Below, piece by piece: positions 28,117-40,534 of a stretch of DNA of 64,000 nucleotides. Numbering within the stretch: the first letter of the stretch is position 1; every line of letters starts with the position of its first letter. Both the position numbers and the translations under genes were made by a program. The stretch is from Deltaproteobacteria bacterium (GTDB lineage Bacteria; Myxococcota; Kuafuiibacteriia; Kuafuiibacteriales; Kuafuiibacteriaceae): the NCBI GenBank assembly GCA_040218735.1, contig JAVJQW010000070.1, positions 352,001 through 416,000 of the forward strand. Reading direction: 5' to 3'. The notes under the pieces are model-generated. The model was not told where the DNA came from. It saw only the letters and a list, made by a program, of their open reading frames with translations, and ran no database searches.

Positions 28117-28914
28117 ATGCTCCGCTCCGCCCGCGCGCACCCTGCCCTCGCGGGTGACGTCGTCGGTTACCGCCTCGTCGAGGACTGGGCGGGCGTGCAC
28201 GCGGGACGCCCGATCCGGACCGTCCCGATCCCCGGCGCCGTCCTGAGCGTGAACTTCGGGCGCCCGAACCAGCTCGTGGGCGGACCGCTCGCGCCGCGGG
28301 TGTCGCTGCTCGGCGTGCAGTCCGAGTCGCGCGCGTGGCGGTCGTGGGAGCGCACGTCATTTGTCATGGCGATCCTCACCCTGCGCGGGCTCGTGCGTTT
28401 GTTCCCCAACGCCGGTGACGCTTCGGCGGGGCAGCTCGTGGAGCTCGGTGCCCTCGTCGGCGACGCGGTGACCCACGCGCTGGCCGATGTGTGTGACGCG
28501 GCCGAGCGGTTCGACCGCATCGTGAACGCGCTCGACCGGTGGTTGCTGGCTCGCCTCCAGACCGTGCAGGCGCCGGCGGAACGGATCGTCGCTGCGCTGG
28601 ACGCGCTCGCGAGGCACCCCGTCGACGCCGTCGCTCAGGAGCTCGGTGTGTCGCGGCGACAGCTCCACCGCTGGAGCACCCGACACACGGGCGCTGCGCC
28701 GAAGGCCCTCGCGGATCTCTACCGCCTGGAGGCCAGCCTTCGCGCGGTGCAGACCGGCGTCGGCGATGCGCTCGCGGGCTTCGCGGATCAACCGCATCAG
28801 ATCCGCGCCTGGCGAAGACGCCTCGGCGTCACGCCGGGGCGCTACGTGCGCACGACGGGGTCCGAGATGGCGCGCGCCTTCGCGGCCCCCGACGCGCTTT
28901 CGTTTTATCTGTGA
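28117..28914 (+). CDS. AraC family transcriptional regulator
   Basis: C-terminal VDAVAQELGVSRRQLHR and GFADQPHQIR...GVTPGRY. Confidence 0.82.
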   Translation: MLRSARAHPALAGDVVGYRLVEDWAGVHAGRPIRTVPIPGAVLSVNFGRPNQLVGGPLAPRVSLLGVQSESRAWRSWERTSFVMAILTLRGLVRLFPNAGDASAGQLVELGALVGDAVTHALADVCDAAERFDRIVNALDRWLLARLQTVQAPAERIVAALDALARHPVDAVAQELGVSRRQLHRWSTRHTGAAPKALADLYRLEASLRAVQTGVGDALAGFADQPHQIRAWRRRLGVTPGRYVRTTGSEMARAFAAPDALSFYL

Positions 28915-28966
28915 GCGCGTCTCATTCGTTCAATACCAAAGCCGCGCGCTCCACGATCCTCGGCCC

Positions 28967-29674
28967 ATGAGCCACCAGGTCTACCCGGGCCCCGACGGGC
29001 GCCCGTACGAAGGATTCCTCGCGACCCCCGCCACCGACGAACCCCGGCCGCTGGTCGTGCTCGGCCACGACTGGAGCGGAATCAACGCGGCCACACGAGC
29101 GGTCGCCCGACGCGTCGCGAGCTACGGCTACGCCTGCTTCGCGATCGACGCCTACGGCCAAGGCGTACGCGGCGACGAACGCGGCGACAACGCACACCTG
29201 ATGGACCCCGTGCTCGCAGACCGCGACGACCTTCGTGCGCGCCTCCTCGCCGGTTATGGGTTTGGTCGCTCCCTCCCCAGCGTGCGGTCGGATCGCGTGG
29301 CGACGCTCGGCTTCTGCTTCGGGGGCATCTGCGCGCTGGACCTCGCACGCGCGCGAGCGCCCGGGCTCCTCGGAACCATCAGCGTACACGGCGGGCTCCG
29401 CACCCCGACGTCCGCGCCCCGTATCGACGGCCGGGTCCTGCTGCTGCACGGCTGGGCCGATCCGATCGCACCGCCCGAGGACGTCGTGGCGATCGCGCGT
29501 GAGCTGACGGACGCGGGCGCGGACTGGGAGCTACGCGCCTACGGACACGCGATGCATGCCTTCACATTCGAAGGAGCGAACCAGCCCGAGGCCGGGATCG
29601 CGTTCCACCCGACGGCCGCGACGCGCGCCTGGGATGCCATCGAAGCGTTCCTCGGCGAGGTCCTCGGCCCCTGA
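28967..29674 (+). CDS. Dienelactone hydrolase family protein
   Basis: HDWSG, GFCFGG nucleophile, HGWADP, HAFT. Confidence 0.9.
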   Translation: MSHQVYPGPDGRPYEGFLATPATDEPRPLVVLGHDWSGINAATRAVARRVASYGYACFAIDAYGQGVRGDERGDNAHLMDPVLADRDDLRARLLAGYGFGRSLPSVRSDRVATLGFCFGGICALDLARARAPGLLGTISVHGGLRTPTSAPRIDGRVLLLHGWADPIAPPEDVVAIARELTDAGADWELRAYGHAMHAFTFEGANQPEAGIAFHPTAATRAWDAIEAFLGEVLGP

Positions 29675-29677
29675 CGC

Positions 29678-31807
<2,130 letters not shown>

Positions 31808-31811
<4 letters not shown>

Positions 31812-32794
31812 GTGCTGCTCCGCAGCCGCGGGTCGGCCCAGCGGTACAGCGTGTCGGCGAGCGCCATCGCGATCATCGTCGCGGCGGCGTAGACGAGGAA
31901 CACGACCATCGCGACGAGGAGGTCCTGCGCGTGCACACTCTCGAAGAGCAGCAGCCCGACGCCGGGGTGCGCGAAGACCTGCTCCACGATCACCGCGCCG
32001 GAGAAGAGCGCGGGGAGCGACTGCGTCACGACGGTGATGAGCGGGAACAGCGCGTTCTTCACGGCGTGCCCCCACAGCACCTGCCGTTCGTCGAGCCCCT
32101 TGGCCCTCGCGGTCTGGACGAACGGCTCCGCGAGCGCATCCCGGACCGCGTCACGGACGAAGCGGCTCCAGCGCGAGACGAACACCACCATCAACACCGC
32201 GACCGGCAGCACGGCGTGGTACACGCGATCGAAGAAGCCGGTGTCGTCCACCGACGTGACGCCGCTCGCCGGGAACCAGCCGAGCGTCACCGCGAACAGG
32301 AACACCGCGAACAGCGCGGTCCAGTGGCCGGGCGTTGACAACCCGAGAAACGTCAACGCGCGCGCAACGCGATCCACGCGCGGGTCCGACGCGGCGAAGG
32401 CCCCCAGCGGCACCGCCACGAGCAGCGACAACAGCATCGCCGGGAACATCAGCGCGAACGTGATCGAGAACCGGCGCCACAGCAGCGGCGCGACGCGCTC
32501 GCGATGCACGGACGACCACCCCAGGTCGCCGAAGAGCACGCCCGAGCCCCCGGGCCACCAGGCGCAGAGGTCCCCGTGGTTCCCGAGGAGCCAGCACCCG
32601 TAGCGTTCGACGCCCGATCGATCGAGACCGCGCAGCGTGCGGATCCGATCGATCGCCTCCGGCGTCAGCGACGGGTTCTGCGCGAGGATCTGCTCCTCCA
32701 CGCTCCCGGGCATCACGTGCAGCAGCGCAAACGACAGCGCGGAGAGGACGAACAGCAGCACGCCGATCCCCACGATCCGCCGCGAGAAACGCAT
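31808..32794 (-). CDS. Peptide/nickel ABC transporter permease (OppB/DppB-like)
   Basis: GDLGWS, TARAKGL (EAA loop), HAVKNA, VIVEQVFAHPGVG. Confidence 0.9.
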
Positions 32795-32837
32795 CAGCGT
32801 TGCTCCTTCGCCGCGCGCGTGACCACCATCGCGCCCC

Positions 32838-34007
32838 ATGGAAGCAAAGGCTACGCCGCCCCTCGCCGACGTGCGACTTCCCGACGGCGTCGTCGATCAC
32901 CCCCCGGCCCGCGCGGGCGCCCTCGCCCGTCGCCTCCGCACCATCGACGACGTCCTCGACCGCGCGGGTTACGCGCGGGTCTTCACGCCGACCTTCGAGC
33001 TCCTCGACGTCCTCGAGCCGGGCCTCGGCGAGATCGCCAAACGCGCCGTCTTCCGCGTGGTGGATCCGGCCTCGGGCGAGGTCGTGGTGCTGCGCCCCGA
33101 CTTCACGGCGCAGGTCGCACGCATGGTGTCGGCGCGCCTCGCCGAGCGATGCCGCCCGCTGCGCCTCTCCTACAGCGGCCGCGTCGCCCGCGCGCGGGAC
33201 CCCCGCGGTCGTGACCTCTTCGCGCGTGACTTGTTCCAGACCGGCGTCGAGCTGATCGGCGCCGACGCCGCGTGGGCCGACGTCGAGATCCTCACGCTCG
33301 CGCTGGAGGTCTTCGAGCAGCTGGAGTGTGAGGTGACGATCGCGATCGGGCACGCGGCGTTCGTCGACGGCCTGCTCGATCCGAAACACGACGTCCGACG
33401 GGTGCGCGACGCGCTCGCCGAGAAGGACCGCGCCGCCGTGGAGCGGCTCGCCCCCGAGGTTCGGCCGCTCCTGGATCTGTACGGGGACCGCAGCATCCTC
33501 CACGAGGCGCGGCGCGTCCTGAACGGACCTGACGTCCTCGCCGCGCTCGACCGCCTCGATGCGCTCGCGGACGCGGTGGAACGTGTCGCGCCCAACGCTC
33601 GGCTCACGTTCGACCTCGGCGAGCAGCGCAGCCTCGGCTACTACACCGGCCCGTTCTTCCACGGGTACGTGCAGGGCGCGCCGGACGCCGTCCTCGCGGG
33701 CGGGCGCTACGACCGGCTGCTCGGGCGCTTCGGCGCGGAGGAGCCCGCGACCGGCTTCGCGATCGACGTGGGCGCCCTCCCCGACGGCGCCGAGGACGAA
33801 GCGCCGCGCGGCGTGGTGGTCGCGGACGACGACCCTTTGGACCCCACCGTCGTGAAGCTGCTGGAGACCTTGCGCGACACGGAAGGTCGCGCCGTCGTGG
33901 TCGCCACCGATGGGGCGTATCGCTACGCCGAGGACCATGGGTTTCGCGCCGTGGTGACGCGTGACGGTCGCCAACGATCGCTCGCATCCGACACCGAGGT
34001 GTCCTAG
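32838..34007 (+). CDS. hisZ: ATP phosphoribosyltransferase regulatory subunit
   Basis: HisRS-like motifs LRPDFTAQVAR, QTGVELIG, GYYTG, GGRYD. Confidence 0.88.
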   Translation: MEAKATPPLADVRLPDGVVDHPPARAGALARRLRTIDDVLDRAGYARVFTPTFELLDVLEPGLGEIAKRAVFRVVDPASGEVVVLRPDFTAQVARMVSARLAERCRPLRLSYSGRVARARDPRGRDLFARDLFQTGVELIGADAAWADVEILTLALEVFEQLECEVTIAIGHAAFVDGLLDPKHDVRRVRDALAEKDRAAVERLAPEVRPLLDLYGDRSILHEARRVLNGPDVLAALDRLDALADAVERVAPNARLTFDLGEQRSLGYYTGPFFHGYVQGAPDAVLAGGRYDRLLGRFGAEEPATGFAIDVGALPDGAEDEAPRGVVVADDDPLDPTVVKLLETLRDTEGRAVVVATDGAYRYAEDHGFRAVVTRDGRQRSLASDTEVS

Positions 34008-34019
34008 GCTCTCGCTGGC

Positions 34020-35306
34020 TTGGCGAAGGCTCCCGCCATCTTCGTGACGTTGGCCGCGAGCCTCGCGGCCGCGCCGTCGTACGCCGAGCCCGTCGACGTC
34101 GCCATCGCCGCGCGCGGGGTTCCGGTGAAAGGCAAACGCGCGAACCGCGTCGTCGACCTGCTGCGCGACGCCGCCGCGGAGCGCTCCGAGCTGCGGTTGT
34201 TCGACGCCGCGAAGGAGCGCCGCCTGTTCGCGACGCCGGCCCCCCGCGATCCGAGGAAGGCCGTGGAGCGTGCGACGAAGATCGTGGAGCGCGGGCAGGA
34301 GTCGCTGCGCAACTTCGACCTCGCGGACGCCGAGCAGAAGCTCGCGCGCGCCTTCCGGATCCTCAAGCCGTACCTTGGTCTTCCGGAGGCGCTCGAAGCC
34401 GACACGAAGCGCCTCTACCTCGGCGTCGCGCTCGCCCACGCGCAGCGCAACGAGACGGCGATGACCAACCTCCTCCTGGAGTACGCGACGCGCTACCCGG
34501 ACCGCCCCCCCTCCGACGCCGGGTGGCCGCCGGACGTCATGGAGCGCCTCGACAGCGTGAAGCGCCTCCCGCAGAGCTCGATCGTGGTGCGGTCCGAGCC
34601 CTCCGCGGAGACGTTCGTGGACGGCACCGCGCGCGGCCCGACCCCGCGCACCGTCTCGCCGGTGCCCGCCGGACGGCACCGCGTCGCGCTGGAGGCCCCC
34701 GGCTACTACCGCGCGACGAAGTGGGTCGACGCGCAGGCCGCCAAGTCGGTCGACGTCACGATCCCGCTCGCCCCGGACCTCGGCGACCGCCTCGCGAAGG
34801 ACGACGAAGACGCGCCCTCGGCGGAGACCGTGGCGGCGGTCGGGCGCATCGCGCGCGAGCGCAACATCGGCGCGGTGCTCCTCGTGCATCCGCAGAAGGA
34901 CAACCGCATGCGGGTGAGCTTCGTCTCCACCGGCGAGCGGCCGCGCGTCACCGCGGCGTTCGAGGTCGCGGCCTCCAAGGACGGTGCGAAGACCGCGATG
35001 TCGCAGATCGCGCTGCACCTGAAGACGCTCGAAGCGAAGCGCCCAGACGTCCCGATCTGGGCGTGGGTCGGCGCGGGCGCGGGCCTCGCCGCGGTCGGGA
35101 CCGGCGTCGCGCTGCGCATGGTCGCGCTCGGAACGCAGGACGAGTTCGAGCGCCGCGCCGGCACCGTCACCCAAGCGGACGCGTTCGACCTGCGCGACCG
35201 CGCCGAATCGCAAGCGCGCGGCGGTGCCGTGTTGCTCGGCGCCGGCGTCGCGACGATCGTCGGCGTCGCAAGCTGGGTTGCGCTGGATTGGATCGAGGGC
35301 GAGTGA
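34020..35306 (+). CDS. PEGA domain-containing membrane protein
   Basis: Signal peptide; VRSEPSAETFVDG..GPTP..GRHRVALEAPGY (PEGA); two C-terminal hydrophobic segments. Confidence 0.78.
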   Translation: MAKAPAIFVTLAASLAAAPSYAEPVDVAIAARGVPVKGKRANRVVDLLRDAAAERSELRLFDAAKERRLFATPAPRDPRKAVERATKIVERGQESLRNFDLADAEQKLARAFRILKPYLGLPEALEADTKRLYLGVALAHAQRNETAMTNLLLEYATRYPDRPPSDAGWPPDVMERLDSVKRLPQSSIVVRSEPSAETFVDGTARGPTPRTVSPVPAGRHRVALEAPGYYRATKWVDAQAAKSVDVTIPLAPDLGDRLAKDDEDAPSAETVAAVGRIARERNIGAVLLVHPQKDNRMRVSFVSTGERPRVTAAFEVAASKDGAKTAMSQIALHLKTLEAKRPDVPIWAWVGAGAGLAAVGTGVALRMVALGTQDEFERRAGTVTQADAFDLRDRAESQARGGAVLLGAGVATIVGVASWVALDWIEGE

Positions 35307-35530
35307 TGCGACGCTGGTTCGTGCTCACGCTGCTGTGCTCGGTCGTCGGCGTCGCGTGCCTCGACGACTTCGACGTCGAAGGCGAGACCTACCCTTGCCG
35401 CAAGGACGCCGACTGCGTCGACGGCTACCGCTGCGACGTGGTGCGCTGGGTCTGCGTCGAGTCGTCGATGGCGACGCTGGACGCCGGCTTCCCGGACGCG
35501 GGCACGAGCACGACGAGCACCACGTCCTGA
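35306..35530 (+). CDS. Small Cys-rich lipoprotein (74 aa)
   Basis: GVAC lipobox, CRKDADCVDGYRC..C; TGATG overlap with the PEGA gene. Confidence 0.75.
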   Translation: MRRWFVLTLLCSVVGVACLDDFDVEGETYPCRKDADCVDGYRCDVVRWVCVESSMATLDAGFPDAGTSTTSTTS

Positions 35531-35546
35531 GCTCGGCGGGGCTTCG

Positions 35547-36110
35547 CTACCACGTAGACTCGACGCGAGGGGCGTAACGCCCCAAGAACGCGTCCCGCCG
35601 ATCGGCGTCCGCGAACGCCGCGCCCCACGCCGGGATGCAGATGCTCCGGGGCGAGACCGAGGCCCCGAAGCAGTCCGGCCTCTCGGCACGCAACGCGATC
35701 GCGAACCCGAGCGCGAACCAGAAGAAGTGCGCGAACGACGACGCGATGAGACAGCTACCGTCGTCCTGCACCGCGGACCGCTCGATGCCATAGTCGTCCA
35801 CGAGATCCAGGGACGAGGCGAAGAAGACGGGGCTCGTCAGGTCCTCGCGATTTGCGGCGGAGACAAACGCATAGAAGCTGCGTTGGTTCTCGACCCAGAC
35901 CAGTCGTCGGTCGCGCTCGGACTTCCGCAATGGCTCATCGACGCGCGCGAACCGATCCTGCAGCGCTGGGTCGCGCGACAGTGTGTGTTGCTGCATCGAC
36001 GATAGGACGTCCGTGATCGACTGGGCGTCGCCGGGGCAGCGTTCGGACAGGAACGCCCCGAAGAAGCGGCAGGCGGACTCCAGCGAAGCGAAGTCGAAGG
36101 GCTCGGTCAT
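35547..36110 (-). CDS. Hypothetical protein, possible SMI1/KNR4 (SUKH)-like immunity protein
   Basis: VWVENQRSFYAF...SPVFF...IASSFAHFF resembles the SUKH core; weaker codon bias than neighbours. Confidence 0.5.
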   Translation of the reverse strand: MTEPFDFASLESACRFFGAFLSERCPGDAQSITDVLSSMQQHTLSRDPALQDRFARVDEPLRKSERDRRLVWVENQRSFYAFVSAANREDLTSPVFFASSLDLVDDYGIERSAVQDDGSCLIASSFAHFFWFALGFAIALRAERPDCFGASVSPRSICIPAWGAAFADADRRDAFLGRYAPRVESTW

Positions 36111-36123
36111 GACGACGCGCGGT

Positions 36124-38172
36124 TCAGCGCTGGCGGAGATCCATCATCACCGTCTTGTATGCGCCCGCCTTCACGTAGACGACGCTCTGCTTCGTCACCC
36201 CGGTGTTGGGGTTCGTCAGCGTGACGGTGTGTTTGCCGATCGGGAGCTCGATGCCGGCCTGCGGCGTCTGGTACGGCCACGCCTTGCCGTCGATCTTGAT
36301 CTGGCCCCACGGCTTCGCGCCGACGTTCAGGAAGCCGGTCTGGGTGGTGCGCTTCGCGACCGTGCGGCGCGGCGCGCGGCGCCGGCGTTCGACGCGCTTC
36401 GGCCTCGTCTTCACCGGGCGCGCCACGACGCGTTTCTCCGGCGGCGGAGCGGGCGGCGCGACCTCCACCGGCGGCGGCGTGGGCTTCGGCGCCTTCGCCG
36501 TCGGCGCGACGCGTTCGCGCTCCACCGGCGGCGCCGCGGCGGGCTTGGCTTTGTCGATGGTGATCGTCACCGGCGCGATCGTCGTCGGCGCCGGCTTCTC
36601 GATCGTCTCGGGGGTGTCGTCCGAGCCGCTGGAGAACGCGACCAGGCCCGCGACGAGCAACACGAGCGCCCCCACAGTCGGGATCACGACGGCCGGTCGC
36701 TGGTAGACCGGGCGCGGCGCCGACGTTCGCATCACGGTCTGCGCGGTGTTCGGCTGCGTCAGCGTCTGCAGGTTCATGCCCGCCGGCGCGAGCATCGGGT
36801 TGGATCGCGCCGCGGTCGCCGCCGCGTCGTCCGACAGCGCCTTGGGCACCACCGGCGGCGGTGTCGGCGTGGGCTGCGCGGTCTCGGCTTCGAGGAGTGA
36901 GGCGACCTGCACCTCCTTGCCCTCGATGTTCGCGCCCGTCTCCTCGAACATCGGCGGCTGCGCGACCGTCGCGTCGTCGTCGACGTGGACGTCCTCCGGC
37001 ATCGGCCGATCCGGCTGCGACGTGGAGCCCTCGCCTTCGAAGACGTCGGCCTGATCCTCGATCCCCTGCGCGCGGACGTTCTTGACCTCGGACTGCGAGG
37101 CCTCCTCTTCCTGCGAGATCGCGATGTGCCGAGCGTCGAGCCCGGTGTGGTCGTCGCGAAGCGCGGCGAAGTCCACGACGTCGAAGAGCGCGACCTCCTC
37201 TTCCTCGCGGATCAGCTCGCTCTCTTCCTCGTGTTTCTCCCACGAGAACGCCGTGCCGAGGTGCTCGACGAGCGCCTCGCGACCGTCGAAGTGGACCTCG
37301 TCGAGGAAGCTCCCGATCGCCTCGCACAGCGCCTGCGCGTCCTTGTAGCGACGCTTTTTGTCCTTCGCGAGGCAGCGCGCGAGGATGCGATCCACCTTCT
37401 TCGGGATCGCGCGGTTCGCGCGGCTCGGCGGGACGGGGCGCAGCCCCTGCACCCGTTCGAGCGTCGCGATCGGGTTCTGCGCGCGGAAGCAGTTCGTCCC
37501 CGTGAGCAGCTCGTAGAGCACGGTGCCGAGCGAGAAGACGTCGCTGCGCGCGTCGAGGTCTTCGCCGAGCGTCTGCTCGGGTGACATGTACGCGAACTTG
37601 CCGCGCAGCGTGCCGGTCTGGGTGTGGACGCCCTGCGTCTCGTTCATCCGCGCGACGCCGAAGTCGAGCACCTTCACGGCGCCGTCGTAGCCGACCATCA
37701 CGTTGCCCGGGCTGATGTCGCGGTGGACGATCCCGAGCGATCCGCCGTGGTCATCGACGAGCCGGTGCGCGTGCCCGAGGCCCTGCGCCGCGAGGTAGCC
37801 GATGTACAGGCCGATCTCGAACGGCAGTAACTCTCGCCCCTTCTTCTCGTTCTTCAGGAGGTGCGAGAGGTCGCGGCCGCGGACGTATTCCATCGCCAAG
37901 AACGGCCGATCCATCTCCTGGCCGTACTCGTAGATGGGTACGACGTTGGGGTGGTGCAGCTTGCTCGCGATGCGCGCCTCGCGTTCGAAGAGGCGCTCGC
38001 GCAGGTCCTCGTGACCGAGCGACGATCGCATCATCTTCACCGCGACCCAGCGCGCCGGCTCGGCGCCCGCTGCGCGTGTACGCGCACGATAGATCTCGGC
38101 CATGCCGCCGCGCGCAATGCGGCGTGTGATGATGTACTTGCCAAACGCGACGGGAGATCGCGCTTGGTTCAT
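36124..38172 (-). CDS. Transmembrane Ser/Thr protein kinase with C-terminal PEGA-like domain
   Basis: ARGGMAEIY, VAVK, HRDISPGN, DFG, YMSPEQ; TM helix, Pro-rich linker, GFLNVGAKPWGQIKIDG. Confidence 0.92.
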   Translation of the reverse strand: MNQARSPVAFGKYIITRRIARGGMAEIYRARTRAAGAEPARWVAVKMMRSSLGHEDLRERLFEREARIASKLHHPNVVPIYEYGQEMDRPFLAMEYVRGRDLSHLLKNEKKGRELLPFEIGLYIGYLAAQGLGHAHRLVDDHGGSLGIVHRDISPGNVMVGYDGAVKVLDFGVARMNETQGVHTQTGTLRGKFAYMSPEQTLGEDLDARSDVFSLGTVLYELLTGTNCFRAQNPIATLERVQGLRPVPPSRANRAIPKKVDRILARCLAKDKKRRYKDAQALCEAIGSFLDEVHFDGREALVEHLGTAFSWEKHEEESELIREEEEVALFDVVDFAALRDDHTGLDARHIAISQEEEASQSEVKNVRAQGIEDQADVFEGEGSTSQPDRPMPEDVHVDDDATVAQPPMFEETGANIEGKEVQVASLLEAETAQPTPTPPPVVPKALSDDAAATAARSNPMLAPAGMNLQTLTQPNTAQTVMRTSAPRPVYQRPAVVIPTVGALVLLVAGLVAFSSGSDDTPETIEKPAPTTIAPVTITIDKAKPAAAPPVERERVAPTAKAPKPTPPPVEVAPPAPPPEKRVVARPVKTRPKRVERRRRAPRRTVAKRTTQTGFLNVGAKPWGQIKIDGKAWPYQTPQAGIELPIGKHTVTLTNPNTGVTKQSVVYVKAGAYKTVMMDLRQR

Positions 38173-38308
38173 CGTCGTTCGCGGTCGCTTCTCGGCTGCG
38201 CGCACGTGTCCAACCTGGTGATCCAAACGGATCACCGCACGCTGAGCGTACGGCCTGCGCTGTCATCCGTCCATCCGCCCGCGGTGACTCGCGTCCCCGC
38301 ACGCGTGT

Positions 38309-39829
38309 TCAGTCGGACGTCAGACGCCAGGCCTCCGCGTTCCAGGTCACCGGGGTGGTGGTTCCCGTAGGGCGCCATCCTTTCAGGCGTTTGGGTCGCA
38401 CGCTGACGGCCGGTCGGTACGCGAGCGGGAGGAGCGGGAGGTCCCGCCGGAACAGGCGCTCGACCGTGCGTAGATGATCCCCCCACGCGGTGGGGTCCAC
38501 CGTCGTCTGCGCGCGGGTGAGACTTTCGGCCACCTCCGGATCGGCGTAGCCCGTGAAGTTCCGGGTGCCCCCCTTCGTGAGCGCGCTGGCGCCGTCCCAA
38601 TCCGGCCGCCACCGAAACGCGAGGAGGGTCAACGGCGCGGGAGACTCGCGGAGGTGTTTCATGACCACGGCCGGCGGCGCCGCCGACAGCTCCGTCGCGA
38701 GGCCGCCCTTCTTCAGCGCGTCGGCGACGAACGCCGCCGCGCGCGCGCTGGCCTGGCTCCCGGACATGTACTCGAGGCGGATCGGATCGGCGCCTTCGAC
38801 GAGCGTCGCGAGCGGCGGCGCCTCGGGTGCAAAAGCCGCCTCGACGTGGCCCGGGTGGCGCGGCGGGTAGAAGCCGGTCGCCGGGCGGGCGCGCGGGCCG
38901 TAGACCAGCGCGCAGAGCGCGTCGCGATCCACCGCCGAAAAGATCGCGCGCCGGACTTCGACGCGCGCGAGCAGCGGGTGCGCGAGGTTCGGCGACAGGT
39001 GCAGCATCAACCCCGAGTCCGCGTACTCCACGACGTGCGTCGGCTCGAGCTGCGACGCGAGGTTCTGCACGCGCTCGAGCCCGAGCCCCGACGCTTCACC
39101 GACCGCGTCCACGCCGCCCGCGACGAGCTCGGCTTCGAGCGCGTCCTCGCTCGGGAAGAAGCGGTAGACGATGCGCTCGATCGTGGGGCGCGTCCCGCCG
39201 AAGTGCGGGTTCGGTTCGAAGATCGCGTGCTGCCCCGGCACCCACTGGGTGAGGCGGTAGGGCCCGGAGGCCGGCGCGCTGGTCCGGGCGACACCGGCGA
39301 ACGCGGCGCCCGTCGGCTTCGGGTACGCGTGCGCGGGCAACACGGCGTGGACCTTCGGGGCCGCGAAGTCCGCGAACGGCTGATCCCACGTGACCTCGAA
39401 GCCGCCCTCGCCCGCGCGGATCGAGGCGCGCCGAGCGACGTCGTGGTTGGGGGTGTCGAGCTGGTCGTCGGCTTCGATGCCGTGCGCGAAGACGACGTCC
39501 GCGCCGGTGATCGCGGCGCCGTCGGACCAGCCGTAGCCGGGGCGGAGGCGCCACCGAACCGTCATGCCCGCAGTCGACGTCTCGGCCTCGGGGACCGCGG
39601 CGGCGAGGCGCGGGACGACGCGCCAGGCGTCGTCGTGCTCGGTGAGCTCGAGGTAGGCGAGGCGCGCGAGCTCTTGCGAGGCCGCATCCGAGGCGAAGGC
39701 CGGATCGATCGAAGCGGGCTCGGTCGTCGTCCCGAACACGAGCTGCGTGACGCGCTTTTCGGGGCTGCACGACTTCGGCGCGCAGGCCGCCGGGAGCAGG
39801 AGCATCATCACTGCGGCCGCCCTGTTCAT
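38309..39829 (-). CDS. Peptide ABC transporter substrate-binding lipoprotein (family 5)
   Basis: PAAC lipobox, EPASIDP, WSDGAAITGADV, SGPYRL, WNAEAW. Confidence 0.88.
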   Translation of the reverse strand: MNRAAAVMMLLLPAACAPKSCSPEKRVTQLVFGTTTEPASIDPAFASDAASQELARLAYLELTEHDDAWRVVPRLAAAVPEAETSTAGMTVRWRLRPGYGWSDGAAITGADVVFAHGIEADDQLDTPNHDVARRASIRAGEGGFEVTWDQPFADFAAPKVHAVLPAHAYPKPTGAAFAGVARTSAPASGPYRLTQWVPGQHAIFEPNPHFGGTRPTIERIVYRFFPSEDALEAELVAGGVDAVGEASGLGLERVQNLASQLEPTHVVEYADSGLMLHLSPNLAHPLLARVEVRRAIFSAVDRDALCALVYGPRARPATGFYPPRHPGHVEAAFAPEAPPLATLVEGADPIRLEYMSGSQASARAAAFVADALKKGGLATELSAAPPAVVMKHLRESPAPLTLLAFRWRPDWDGASALTKGGTRNFTGYADPEVAESLTRAQTTVDPTAWGDHLRTVERLFRRDLPLLPLAYRPAVSVRPKRLKGWRPTGTTTPVTWNAEAWRLTSD

Positions 39830-39910
39830 CGCGCATTGGCTGGATACCACGGCTGGCCGCGCGTTGCCGCGCGTTGCCGGACCGACGCGCGAGTGGGATG
39901 TTCGACGGCG

Positions 39911-40495
39911 GTGCGGATCTTCGGGCTCGTGGTGTTGCTGGTGTTCGGGGGCGTGACCGTCGCGCTCGCGCACCGGTTCGAGCACCCGAAGGTCCTGCGG
40001 ATCGGCGTGCAGGCGGAGCGCCTCGTCATCGCGTGGAACTTCGACGTGAACCCGGGCCCCGACGCGCTGCGGACGCGGGGCCTCTTCGACCGGGACGCCG
40101 ACGGGCGGCTCGACGACGGTGAGCGCAAGAAGCTCGAGAAGTACCTGCTCGACACCACCCTCCTCTTCCTGCGGATCCGGATCGACGGCGCCGCGGTGGA
40201 TCTGACCGGGGCCCGCGTCGAAGCCCACCGGATGGATCGTCCGGCGGCCGACGACTCGACGCTCGGGATCTCGGCGTTGGTCACCGTGCCGCGACCGGCG
40301 GGTGCGTTCGAGCTGGTGGTCGAGGATCGGGACAAGGACGCGACGAAACACGTACCGGTCGTGGTCGACCTCGCCGTCGCAGAGCCGGTGGCGCTCGCTT
40401 CCCAGGGTGAGCTCGATCCGGCGGCGCGTCGGATCCACGGCATACGCCTCGAACGGGGCCGTCCGTTCGTTCTGCGGCTCGGCGCGCAACCTTGA
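39911..40495 (+). CDS. Hypothetical exported protein with EF-hand-like loop
   Basis: Signal peptide ending ALA-H; DRDADGRLDDGE EF-hand-like motif. Confidence 0.68.
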   Translation: MRIFGLVVLLVFGGVTVALAHRFEHPKVLRIGVQAERLVIAWNFDVNPGPDALRTRGLFDRDADGRLDDGERKKLEKYLLDTTLLFLRIRIDGAAVDLTGARVEAHRMDRPAADDSTLGISALVTVPRPAGAFELVVEDRDKDATKHVPVVVDLAVAEPVALASQGELDPAARRIHGIRLERGRPFVLRLGAQP

Positions 40496-40534
40496 ACGAC
40501 GGGTGGACCCGTGCTACCCCGCAAGGCGGTTCAG

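Noticed and set aside
32151-35213. 1020-aa minus-strand ORF, and similar long shadow ORFs such as 56384-59125, 43812-46307 and 23463-25844
   Set aside because: Antisense shadows of well-supported genes, expected in high-GC DNA; no recognisable motifs.
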